Assembly (NCBI GenBank): GCA_028534125.1
Contig: CM052818.1
Location: forward strand, 24,802,001 to 24,866,000
Source of the DNA: Lama glama
Lineage: Eukaryota
DNA length: 64,000 nucleotides
Direction of reading: 5' to 3'
Under the pieces are notes generated by a model. That model made no database searches, had not been told where the DNA came from, and saw only the letters and a program-made list of their open reading frames with translations. The translations under genes were made by a program, and so were the position numbers. How positions within the stretch are numbered: position 1 is the first letter of the stretch; each line of letters opens with the position of its first letter. Shown here in pieces: positions 14,892 to 26,274 of the stretch.

Positions 14892-15274
14892 GCATTGACC
14901 CTTAAACAATGTGGGGGTTAGAGATGCTTACCCTCTACACAGTTGGAAATCTGCATATAACCTTAGTCAACCCTCCATATCTGCAGTTCTGCATCTGCAG
15001 ATTTTTTTTTAATTTAGAAAATTTTTCTTTTTCTTTTTTTAAAATTTTTTTATTGAGTTATAGTCATTTTACAATGTTGTGTCAAATTCCAGTGTAGAGC
15101 ACAATTTTTCAGTTATATATGAACATATATACACTCATTGTCACATTCTCTTTCTGCATCTGCAGATTTAACCAGCAACAGATCATATAGTACTGTAATA
15201 CATATTTATTGGAAAAAAATCCACATATAAGTGAATCCATGCAGTTCAAACCCATGTTGTTCAAGGGTCGACTG
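14892..15274. mobile_element. Tigger2a-like TcMar DNA transposon MITE
   Basis: TIRs (CA)TTGACCCTTAAACAA and TTGTTCAAGGGTCGACTG followed by TA. Confidence 0.8.
15005..15151 (-). mobile_element. Very short L1 3' tail inserted in the Tigger element
   Basis: Poly(T) plus reverse-complement L1 3' UTR; perfect 18-bp TSD TTCTGCATCTGCAGATTT (14987-15004, 15152-15169). Confidence 0.85.
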
Positions 15275-15373
15275 TAATGGGAGAATAAACAAAAGGAAGT
15301 AAATATTTGAAAAATTAATGACTGACGGTTTCCCAGAATTAAAGATGAAAACTCTCAGATTAAGAAGACACAT

Positions 15374-15935
15374 GTAAATGTACATCGACAGATGACTGGA
15401 TAAAGAAGTTGTGGTATATTTATACAGTGGAATACTAATCAGCCATAAAAAAGAATAAAATAATGCCATTTGCAGCAACATATATGGACCTGGAGATCAT
15501 CATTCTAAGTGAAGTAAGCCAGAAAGAGAAAGAAAAATACCATATGATATCACTCATATGTGGAATCTCAAAAAAAAAAAAGACACAAATGAACTTATTT
15601 ACAAAACAGAAACAGACTCAGACATAGAAAACAAACTTATGGTCACCAGAGGGGAAAGGAGGTGGGAAGGGATAAACTGGGAGTTCAAGATTTGCAGATA
15701 CTAACTACTACATATAAAATAGATAAACAATAAGTGTCTACTGTATAGCATTGGGAACTATATTCAATATCTTGCAGTAACTTACAATGAAGAAGAATAT
15801 TAAAATGAATATATGTATGTATATGTATGACTGAAACATTATGCTGTACACCAGAAATTGACACAACATTGTAAACTGACTATACTTCAATTTAAAAAAA
15901 GAATTTTATAATATCAGAGAGAGAGGAAAAAAAAA
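15374..15935 (+). mobile_element. 5'-truncated L1 3' end
   Basis: ORF2 end plus 3' UTR and A tail; TSD AAGA(A/T)GACACAT. Confidence 0.9.
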
Positions 15936-16263
15936 AGATGACACATAGAGTATCAAGGGGCAAACGGAAGAGGAAGAAGAAAAAGAGAATCCAAAATCTA
16001 GATGTCAATGGAGAAAAACTAGTAGACTTCAAAGTCTAAGGCAAAATTATAAAAACTTTTAGAAAGAAAGCAATTCAACTACTAAGAATAAAATTCAGAT
16101 GATCAGTCTTCTCAACAGCTACACTAGACAAAGTGAAAAAATACTTTTTAAGTATTTCAAGAAAAGAACATTAAAGTTAAAATTTTATGTCCAGTAAACC
16201 TCATTTAAATTTGCAATAAGAATATCATTTGTAAAACTCAAAAGATATACTACACAAAGACCC

Positions 16264-16763
16264 NNNNNNNNNNNNNNNNNNNNNNNNNNNNNNNNNNNNN
16301 NNNNNNNNNNNNNNNNNNNNNNNNNNNNNNNNNNNNNNNNNNNNNNNNNNNNNNNNNNNNNNNNNNNNNNNNNNNNNNNNNNNNNNNNNNNNNNNNNNNN
16401 NNNNNNNNNNNNNNNNNNNNNNNNNNNNNNNNNNNNNNNNNNNNNNNNNNNNNNNNNNNNNNNNNNNNNNNNNNNNNNNNNNNNNNNNNNNNNNNNNNNN
16501 NNNNNNNNNNNNNNNNNNNNNNNNNNNNNNNNNNNNNNNNNNNNNNNNNNNNNNNNNNNNNNNNNNNNNNNNNNNNNNNNNNNNNNNNNNNNNNNNNNNN
16601 NNNNNNNNNNNNNNNNNNNNNNNNNNNNNNNNNNNNNNNNNNNNNNNNNNNNNNNNNNNNNNNNNNNNNNNNNNNNNNNNNNNNNNNNNNNNNNNNNNNN
16701 NNNNNNNNNNNNNNNNNNNNNNNNNNNNNNNNNNNNNNNNNNNNNNNNNNNNNNNNNNNNNNN
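16264..16763. other. Assembly gap (500 N)
   Basis: Run of N. Confidence 1.
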
Positions 16764-16765
16764 TT

Positions 16766-17222
16766 TGTAGAATTAATTAAAGAAGCCTCAACTAAAATTG
16801 GAGTGGGGACAGGCCTGTAAGGAGAGCACTCATGCCCCACCATGAACCGTCAATTACTCTAAACAGGAAGAGACATATGTCTACATCTCTGACAGGAAGG
16901 TTGCCTACTTTGCTATCCAGAAGGAAGAAGGCAACTTTCCTCAGCCCACTGACAGTCAACCGAATCAGAGACTGTAACAGCCCAGCCAATGAGAAGCCTC
17001 CATACTTTGGACTGCCAGCTTCTTCCAAGGGACTCTTTGGTTATTACAGCCCCTTTGTACTCCTTCCATTTCCCTATAAAAGCAAGTTTGCCTTTCTTGT
17101 TCCATGGATTTGCCTATGGTCCATCAAAGTCCACATATCTCAAACTGTAATTCCTCTGGTATTCCCAAATAAACTTGCTTTTGCTGGTCGAGTAACTGGC
17201 TACTGTATTATTGATGTTGACC
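16766..17222 (+). mobile_element. ERV 5' LTR
   Basis: Starts TGTAGAATTAATTAAAGAAGCC; CCAAT at ~16986, TATAAAA 17075-17081, AATAAA 17168-17173; ends GTTGACC just before the PBS; homologous to 22986-23425. Confidence 0.92.
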
Positions 17223-17226
17223 TATT

Positions 17227-17244
17227 TGGTGTCAGAAGTGGGAT
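17227..17244 (+). other. ERV primer-binding site, tRNA-Leu(CAA) type
   Basis: TGGTGTCAGAAGTGGGAT is the reverse complement of ATCCCACTTCTGACACCA, the 3' end of mammalian tRNA-Leu(CAA) including CCA; it lies 4 nt after the LTR. Confidence 0.88.
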
Positions 17245-17639
17245 CCAAAGAAGGTGAACCGTGGGAAATGACAGGCCCTGGAATAGAGCAGGTACTGCAG
17301 CAGGCCATCTGTGGTCCTTGCTTCTGTGGGTCACACCTGTTTTCAGTTTGTTAAGTTTCCTCTTGGATTCCAAGCTCTGCTCTTTTTGTATCTGGGGCTC
17401 TCAGACTTTCTTCAGGGTCTGGAAAGTCTTTGTCCTTTCAGAGGAAAGTTTTCATCCTTTCAGGCTCAAGGTTTCATCCTTGGTGAATACTTTGGATGTT
17501 TTCTGAAGCAGTTGGTAGTGAATTTCTTTTCTGGAGGTCAAGCAAACTGGAATCCAAGAATTTGTTTTGTGTTTTTAGTTTCCTTTTGGAATCTGGACTA
17601 GGACTTTGGCAACTTTCCTAGGTTTTCAGGAGAACTTAG

Positions 17640-18500
17640 GAAAACGGGATTCATATAAGTTCTCTGAGAGCAGCCCTCCTTCAGGGACTCCTGCCAATTT
17701 TATTTTAAAAACTATGGACCTCCCACCTGCATATTTTTAACTAAATGGGTCAAACAAAATAAAAATAATCCAGAATTACAATGGCCATTATGGGAAACTT
17801 TCAGTCTCTCCAGATTCATTTTTCTTAAGATTAAACTGAAGAACCACAGTTCTAAAATTAAACAAAACAAATGGTATATTTATTTTCATGGATATCTGGA
17901 AGCTTCCAAATGTACACAAAGCTCTAAAATTGCCTCCTTGCAAGATACCTATTTCCAAATTGGCTGAAATAACTTAAAAGCTAGAGAAGATCCAAATGGC
18001 TTTAAAGTCCCATGTTCCTTGTGCTCTGTCCCCCCAGCTCCTTTGTCTTGGTGCTGTCTCATGCGCCTTCCCGGCAGCTGTCTGTGCTCAGACTCCGTCT
18101 CTGGTGCCATCTTTCTCTCTCCCCCTCTGTGAAAATCTGCTCCTTTAAAATCGAACCTCCGAGGATCCAAATGCTCAACCCCTAGTTACAGTCTCTAAGT
18201 TAACTGGAGCAAATAAACAACTGGAAGGAAAGTTTTAAACAGCAATTGCCCTAGATTTTTGACAATAGACAAATATACTCCAAAAACTCCTAGAGAAAAC
18301 TTGCTTCCTGTGTCTGTTTGCTGAAGCCTTTTGGTAAGTCATTCCTCCTGCTCAAAAGAGGGAGGCTTTGTTTTAGATAAGCCCACCTTAAGGGATACCC
18401 TTGAAAGAGAGGATTCCAAACCTCTTGGAAGACAATGGACTTTATTCTTTGATTGATATGCTGAAGTTTCTAAAAGACAAATTAGCTCAAAAGCAGTTCT
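17640..18500 (+). pseudogene. ERV gag remnant (matrix-like N-terminus)
   Basis: Frameshifted reading PPSGTPA..KNYGPPTCIFLTKW...LQWPLWETFSL...KWYIYFHGYLEASK resembles class I gag N-termini (WPxxGTF motif); contains stops and frameshifts. Confidence 0.65.
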
Positions 18501-21119
18501 AAAAGGATCCTTATGGCTACAGCACATAACCTTAACTTACTCCATCTGCTAGAAACACAGTTTGGATCCAACTATTCTTTTGAGTTTGTATCTGGCACAT
18601 GGCTGAAACTTAAGACAAAATTATGAGGTCCCTTTTTGCATCTGTCTGTATCCTCATGTGCATTTACGTACATGTGTATATATGTGTTGTAGATATATCA
18701 TATTTTCTATCTCCAAAAGGCATTGCTAAAATTAATCTATAAAGAGCTCTATTTAACTGGCTTAAAGACAAAGAAACACTTATATGAATTAAATAAATAT
18801 TACAGAAACTAACCCCAAATGCTTTTCAAGTTCATGTGATCTAGGATTAAATGAAAGCTAGCATAAGGTTTTGATTTAATTATAACAGGCCTGTCTTTGG
18901 AGTTAACAATATGGAAAATAATGCAGGTATACAATTTTCATTCTACCTGAGTTTATTGGTAAGATAATTTCATGTTATCTTTGTGATAAAAATTTTTTGT
19001 CAGCAAGAAAAATTATTTAAAATAATGGCTAATTGTTTTAATGACATATGGAGTTTTTGTAACTTATACAGAATTGTTAGGAAAAAATAATTTATATAGA
19101 TGAAAGTGTATAGTATAAGGGCTTCGAGGGAGCAATAATTATGTTTTAACATATAGGTGTGTAAAAAATAGCTTCCCAAAATCTTTTTGGTAACTTGAAA
19201 CTTTAGAGTTTTCCTAAATTAAATTATGGGTAGTCATTAACCATCTAGTTCACTTTTAAATAAGAAGAAAATACTAAAACATTACTAAAGTTAGTTTCAT
19301 CCATTTTTGGCTTCCTTTACAAAGGAACTAAAGATATCTAGGTCTATGGGGAAACATGTTTTGTGCCACATTAGAAATTTCACCATGAGGAAAGTGTACT
19401 TTTTATAATTATGGAATGTATTTACAAACTTGTCAGCGGCAGAATGTTCACAATTTTTTAAAGCTACCAGCAGTAATAAGGGAAACAATTCTATATGCAA
19501 AAAAAGTAGGACAAATGTTTTTGGTAAGGAAAGTTATGAGCAATGGAAATGCATTTTGTTGAGGGGAAAGAAAGTAATTTTGTCCTAAAGTGAGACAAAA
19601 TTACTGATTTTGTTTGTTACAGAATAGAGAAAAACAGGACAAAAGCTGAACAGAAACAGTAAGTTGTAGAATATTTGTGGAAAAGGAATGTTTGAAAAAA
19701 ATGAACTTTTTGTGTGGCCAAGTTGGCTAAAATTGAATTGTTATTATAAGGGTTTTAAGAACAAGCTGCTTTAAAATCAGCAATGCACTTACGTAAAACT
19801 AAACCTTAATTTCCTTTCATTTGCTAAAGAACAAGTTTCTACTGGAATGTTGGTCTGCTCCTGATGGGCAAATTATGAACGAGTTTTCTTTACCTTTGAA
19901 ATAATGCACTTAGAAGACAAAGATTTGTGTTATCAAAATAATTTTCTATACTTCATGTTGTCTTAATCAGGTCTTTGACTACTAAAGAAAACTGAGTCTT
20001 CTCAATATTCAAAAAGCAAAGTTTTGCTTGCAACTATGTAACCTTTTCACAATTTGCCTTTGAAATCTTTTATTGTTACCTTGGCCAAATAATTAAGTAT
20101 CATTTGATAATGATTTGTGGTCCTTTGGTCAAATGTCCAAAACCTTTTGATATTTTTTACAAACTTCCCAAGAATTGGGTTCTAAATGAAGTCTTTTTGA
20201 CCTTGAACTAACTTTGGGCTTTTCCAGAGGGCCCCTGGAAAATCCCAAAAGATTTGTCTTTCACCTGCTAAAATGTTAATCCAATTAGGCTAATTTTACA
20301 TGCTCAATTACATGGGTAGCTTGTCAAATAAGGAAGAATACTAAACTTTTTTACCTTATATTTGCATGGGTATATGTTAACATAAGAGTTCCAAAATTGC
20401 ATGAAATTCCTAAAATTCTAAGATGTCCTGATACGTTATTGGCCATAATTCTAAATGTATGTCACAGAAATAAGCAAATCCTCCTGTCAAACCCATTATG
20501 ACCTCTCATCAGGTTTTGGATAACGGGCATTTTCAGGTCTTTTGGTCATTTGTAGACAGATACTGTTTTATTCTGATGCTTTTGCAAGTGTGTTTGAACT
20601 CCAGAGAAATTCATGGAAAGGACTCTTAAAGGTACTCTGGAATTACAGGTTTTTGATAATTTTACAATCATAGCACTAAACTGGAAAAGAATTTCTAAAA
20701 CTCTAATGGAAATTTATTAGGTTAAGTGTACTCTTTACCCGATGTAAAGGGCCCCCTTTCTCCTCTCCTTTAAGCTATTTATAACTTACAACAATGTGGT
20801 AAAGTGTATCTCCACAACAAAGGTTGAAGCACTTGTCTTTTTCTCCCTGCTTGATCCCTCAAGAGTTCTGAAACTCTTACTAAATATTCTTTTGTTAATG
20901 ACAATGTATGTATTTGCATAGGTCTGAAGGGGAGTCTGCTCTCCTTGGAACCAGTTGCCCAATGCACTTGGTTCCTTCTTTTCATCCAAAACTGAAAAAG
21001 GGGGACCTATTTATGTATTATAAAGGCCTGGTTGCTGCTATTAAAAATAATCATGCTCTGGGAGAACACTCCTTCTGAAGTGCACGCCTAGAAAATGAAG
21101 ATTAATATCATACTCAGCA

Positions 21120-21335
21120 GCCTGGAGATTGTGTATCCTGGAAAAGCTATCTTCAAAGTACTCTCTCCAGCCTCATTGCAAGGGTGCCTATCAGATATCA
21201 TTGACTAACTCTTGTGCCATCAAACCCCAGGGAGTAGACTCCTGGGTCCACGTGTTGCACCTAACAAAGGTACCAGACTCCAACTGGACCTGCACACCAT
21301 CAGGCAGACTAAAGATAAAGCCCACTAGGGTCTGA
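21120..21335 (+). pseudogene. ERV pol remnant, integrase C-terminal GPY/F region
   Basis: SLQPHCKGAYQISLTNSCAIKPQGVDSWVHVLHLTKVP is a degenerate form of the LQPxWKGPYxVLLTxPxAVKxxGxxSWIHxSHxKxAP motif. Confidence 0.85.
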
Positions 21336-21399
21336 AAGAGACAACATCTGAGGCTAACAGCTTTCCCAAGACATCCAGAGCAGGCCTACCTACCTTTCT

Positions 21400-22620
21400 T
21401 TATGTGTTGTCACTTATACCTTGTTTGCTCCCTCCCTTCATGAAATGACAGTGTCCTCATCCATATTTTCCAATCTCTTGTGAAAGGGGGAAACCTCTCT
21501 GATTGAATTTGCCACCAGAAACCTCAGCCCATCCCAAAATAACAGTGACCCTTTGGTTTACCTTACAAGTAATTTTGCTGGGGTTCCCGAGGCTCTTGTC
21601 TGTCCAAGTTGTTCCACAGGCTCATTTTGTAGTCAGGGTGCTAAACCTGCACAGTTCATTCCTTGCTTCAATTTGACCTAGACCTGTGATGAGAAAACAA
21701 GATCTTTTGAATGTCTGCATGAAAAGTTCTGTGGAGCTGCCAATGCAAATTGGGTCAAATTGCTATCATATCTCTATATCTAGGTAAGCTCTCAATGGGT
21801 AACAAAGTAATGTCTGAGCCTCCGTTAAGTAATGCTAATGCCTCCAGGACAATGAATGAATCCACAGACTATCACTTATGTGGGGGCTTATGTAACACCC
21901 CTTGGTTATACTTTCATATGTAGAAGTTTTGGAAGTGGCCTTGTTTTGGGCAAGGATTTGCTTGGACAACCCATTGCCCTGATAGCTGGGAAATATAAGG
22001 ACACAATGCCTTCGCTGTATTCACTGTCCTGGTCTTTCCACAAAACTAAACAGATGTCTCTCACTGGTCTCTCCCTTAAACTTCTATAGCCGCCTTATCA
22101 GAGACCATCCAGGAGGCATATGTGACTCCGGCTTTGCCTCTATAGGGAGAGATTTCTTTCCATGGATTAAAGTGAGTACCAGTGAACAAAATGAGCAGGA
22201 ATCTCTTCCTGACATTAGGAGAGTTGGCTAACTACATAGCCAAAGCAGTTTCAGACCAACAGCAGTCATATAATGGATCAGCACAAGTGGTTTTGGATAA
22301 CAGCATAGCCCATGATTACCAATTTGCTGAGCAAAGAGGCGTCTGTGCAATAGGAAACACCTCTTTTTGCACTTGGATAAATGCCTCTGGGGAAGGAGAG
22401 ACCCAATGACATAAAATTAAAGAGCAAGCACATTGGTTATAGCAAATATTACCTGACAACTTACTGTCTTCTGAATTATTCAGCTAGCTACCTTCAGATC
22501 TGCGCTCCTAGTTTAGACCATCTTGCAAACTGGGTCTATGATGTTTTAAATTTTGCTCTGTATACTTGTTTTTGAGTTCTACACCTATTGTTTGTCAAAT
22601 CTTTATAAAAATGACATGCC
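21400..22620 (+). pseudogene. ERV env remnant (gamma-type SU/TM)
   Basis: GNLSD*ICH (decayed CWIC, ~21490-21515); RLIR furin-like site at 22091-22102; TM ectodomain VVLDNSIAHDYQFAEQRGVCAIGNTSFCTWINASG (decayed immunosuppressive domain and CX6CC); multiple stops and frameshifts. Confidence 0.88.
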
Positions 22621-22680
22621 TAATAATATGAGTGCTGTGAGATAATTTCTAGTGCTTACAACCTTGACTAAATATGGCCT

Positions 22681-22763
22681 TTTTTAATGGAGGTACTGGG
22701 GATTGAACCCAGGACTGCACACATGCTAAGCATGTGCTCTATCACTGAGCTATTACCCTCCCC
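22681..22763 (-). mobile_element. tRNA-Ala-derived SINE (vic-1-like) inserted in the ERV
   Basis: Reverse complement GGGGAGGGTAATAGCTCAGTGATAGAGC...GGTTCAATCCCCAGTACCTCCA plus A tail; TSD ACTAAATATGG(C/A)CT at 22667-22680 and 22764-22777. Confidence 0.9.
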
Positions 22764-22973
22764 ACTAAATATGGACTTTCAACAAGGAACTCCTTAAAGT
22801 TCTCCCTACTACCTTTCCTTGTTATTTAAATGTGGAATCATGAAGTGTCTGATTTATAACTTTCCCTCCAACAAGGGACATGACAACCAGGGAATCTCTT
22901 TCCTGGCACTGAGGGACAAATTGTTACATGCAGAGATCCTGACTTTTGATGCTCTTGAGGAAAGACCTTGATC

Positions 22974-22985
22974 AAAAGGGGGAAA
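22974..22985 (+). other. ERV polypurine tract
   Basis: AAAAGGGGGAAA immediately precedes the TG of the 3' LTR. Confidence 0.85.
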
Positions 22986-23425
22986 TGTGGAATTAGTTAA
23001 AGAAACCTCAGCTAAAACTGGAGTCAGGACAAGCCTGTGGGAGGAACTCTCTTTGCCCTCCCATGCATTATCAATTATCCCAAAAGGAAAAGACATATGC
23101 CTGTATCTCTGACAGGAAGGTGTTGCCTACTTTACTCTCCAGCAGGGGGAAGGAAACTCTCAGTCCACCGACACTCTGGCCAATCTGATAGTAGCCCAAC
23201 CAACAAGAAGCCTCCATACTTTGGACTCCAAACTTCTTCCAGTGGTCTCCTTGGTTATTACAACCCCTCCCTACTCACTTTACCCTATAAAAGCAAGTTT
23301 GCCTTCCTTGCTCTCTAGATTGCTTATGGTCCACATATCCCAAATTCCTCTGGCTATTTCTGAATAAATTCACTTTTGCTGGCTATTACATTAATTAATT
23401 GGCTATTACATTATTAAAGTTGACA
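22986..23425 (+). mobile_element. ERV 3' LTR
   Basis: TG...CA termini (TGTGGAATTAG...GTTGACA); TATAAAA 23286-23292; AATAAA 23363-23368. Confidence 0.92.
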
Positions 23426-25029
23426 ATTCAAAGCATAACCATAACCTCTGTAACAAAAGAAGCCTAGAGAGGAAGATTAGAATACAGTCATCATTTTAGG
23501 TAAAGTTTCTTACAAGATCGTGAGTCTCTTTTGTGGGAAATTTCTCAGTGGGAATATCATTTATATAAATAGGACTATTGGACTCATGGCTGACACTGTG
23601 TATCATGGGCTTCATGTGATCTGAGACCCTTTCTATGAAATATGGGAACCTCTTAAGTGATCATTGGAAAACTTTGAATTCATTTTTTTTTGAAAGACGT
23701 TTTCTTGTGCCTGTAAGTCCTTATAGAGCAGCTTGCTCTATTACCTCTTCAAGCCTCATCAATAATTATCACAATTGGTCATTTTCATTTAGACTGCTAT
23801 TTCGGAATCTCCCCAAAATAAACTCAGAAAAATTAATAGCTTGAATTGTATCACTGTTCTTGTCAAACGTTGGACTGGTTGAATTAAAACTTACATTTAA
23901 ATAAATTACACTATCAACTCCAAAAGAAAAATATTTAGAACAAATTCATTAACACTCCACCTACTGATCCACCTTTTCCTAGGATACAGAACAGGTTGTT
24001 CTTCAGTTTCTAAGTATTTGTATTGAATTAGGCCCTACCACACACAAAATCGATAGCTATGCTGATTTTCAAAATCACAGAAACGCCACCAAGCAACCTG
24101 AAATTTGATATAGGTTTTCTTCTGACATTTATTTACTGAACTATTTGTTTTCAATTTCAACAGTAAAGGAAGAAAGAATAATGTCACACACATTACAAAA
24201 TCTCATTTCTGTAGGCAATGCTCGCGTTAATGCAATCAAGTGGAATAAACAGGAAAGAGCTTATAAAAACTGTTCCTGAGTGATGATTGCTATTTTTAAA
24301 ATTTGTTCCTTAGCTTGTATCTTATCACAGTTCTGTTTACACTTAATCCAGGATGTAAGATTGGATGATTTGCCTCTGTCAGATGTTGAAGCCTGGGTAA
24401 AATAAACAGGTTTTATTTGATGCCATAAAACTTCGCATAGAAGGCCGTCGCAGTAACTCAGGGAGGTAAATAAAACATAGCACACTCCAAGCAACATTTT
24501 TTTCTCCTCTCACTTCATAAAACCAAACTGGACTAAAAGCACGCAGCCATAAAATATCAACCAGCCCTAGATCACGTCTCCCAAAGGCCTTGAACTCCAG
24601 AGACTTCAATTTGTTCTGCAAAAAATTCTTAATATGCAAAATCAGTTGCCTTAAAGAGACCATGAGAATCCCCATACATTGCTGCAGTTTGGTTAAAGAT
24701 GAAGCTGTGTCCTTGTTCGTGGATATTTTACAAGAAAATAGCCTTCTCCTTGGATTTCAGTGTTTGCTCTGTCTCCTAGTCATGCTCTCCCCCCACCCCC
24801 ATCTCTACCAAGTACATTAAAAAAGACTTTTCTTTAGAAACCTAAGCCAAGTGGTAGATAGTAAAGAATTTCCCCCACTGCGCTCCCCATAAGAACCCTT
24901 ATATTTAGTTGATAAGAATTAAATATCAATAATATTCAAGCCTTGGCCTATGGAGATGTTGGTATTTTTTTAAAAAACTTGTTTTCTACCATTGTCTCAA
25001 AAGAAATCTTTTAAAACCTTTCTAGAAGA

Positions 25030-26263
25030 CTTCATTGGAGAATTGCTTGTTTAGGTCTTCTGCCCATTTTTGGATTCGGTGGTTCTTTTTGTTGTTATTA
25101 AGCTGTATGAGCTATTTATATATTCTGGAAATTAAGCCCTTGTCAGTCGCATCATTTGGAAATAGTTTCTTTCATTCTGTAAGTTGTCTTTTTGTTTTGC
25201 TTATGGTTTCCTTTGCTATTCAAAAGCTTATAAGTTTAATTAGGTCCCATTTGTTTATTTTTGCTTTTATTTCTATTGCCTGGGTAGGCTGCTCTAGGAG
25301 AACATTACTAACATTTATGTCAGGGAATGTTTTGCCTAAGACGTACAAATGGCCAATATGCACATGAAAAAATGCTCTATATTATTAACTATTAGAGAAA
25401 TATATATCAAAACTAAGGTATCACCTCACACCCAGTCAGAATGGCCATCATTAAAAAGTCTGCAAATGATAAATGCTAGAGAAGGTGTCGAGAAAAGGGA
25501 ACCCTCCTACACTGCTGTGGGAATGTAGTTTGGTTCCACCTTTACAGAAAACAGTATGGAGGTTCTTCAAAAAACTAAAAATAGACCTACTATATGATCC
25601 AGCAATCCCACTCCTAGGCATATATCCTGAGGGAACTCTAATTTGAAAACATACATGCACCCCAATGTTCATAGCAGCATTATTTACAGTAGCCAAGACA
25701 TGGAAACAGCCTAAATATCCACTTACAAATGACTGGATAAAGAAGTTGTCATACACACACACACACACACACACAGACACACTTACACAATGGAATACTA
25801 CTCAGCCATAAAAAATAATAAAATAATACAATTTGCAGCAACATGAATGGACATGGAGAATGTCATTCTAAGTGAAGTAAGCCAGAAAGAGAAATAAAAA
25901 TATCATATAATATCACTCATATAAGAAATCTGAAAAAAAAAGACAAATGAACTTATTTCTAAAACAGAAACAGACTCACAGTCACATAAACTCATTAAGT
26001 TTCCAGAGGGAAAGAGGGTGGGAAGGGATAAATTGGGAGTTTGAGATTTGCAGATTCTAGCTACTATATATAAAATAGATAAACAACAAGTTTATAGTGT
26101 ATAGCAGAGGAAACTATATTCAATATCTTATAGTAACCTATAATGAAAAAGAATATAAAAATGAATATATGTATGTACATGTATGACTGAACTATTAATG
26201 CTGTACACCAGAAATCGACACAACATTGCAAACTGACTATACTTCAGTTTAAAAAAAGAAAAA
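25030..26263 (+). mobile_element. L1 with 5' inversion (twin priming)
   Basis: 25030-25337 is antisense ORF2; 25338-26263 is sense ORF2 end plus 3' UTR; 17-bp TSD AAAACCTTTCT(A/G)GAAGA at 25013-25029 and 26264-26280. Confidence 0.9.
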
Positions 26264-26274
26264 AAAACCTTTCT

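Larger units (their letters stand above)
14330..16263 (+). mobile_element. Old L1/HAL1 ORF1-region relic interrupted by younger insertions
   Basis: A-rich coiled-coil-like sequence (14640-14880) and a degenerate ORF1 C-terminal ILYPxKL-like motif (AAAATTTTATGTCCAGTAAACCTC at ~16180). Confidence 0.62.
16766..23425 (+). mobile_element. Decayed two-LTR endogenous retrovirus, class I / MER4-group-like, non-autonomous
   Basis: Paired ~450-bp LTRs, PBS, PPT, and degenerate gag, integrase C-terminus and env relics in proviral order, with an AT-rich non-coding middle. Confidence 0.92.

Noticed and set aside
16250..16843. 197-aa ORF
   Set aside because: Artefact of the 500-N gap.
16792..17257. Homologous ORFs in 16.8-17.3 kb and 22.9-23.3 kb
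   Set aside because: The similarity simply reflects the two LTRs; there is no evidence of coding.
24261..24820. Cluster of 76-98 aa ORFs in repeat-poor DNA after the ERV
   Set aside because: No recognisable domain, mostly non-ATG starts, and no consistent splice structure.
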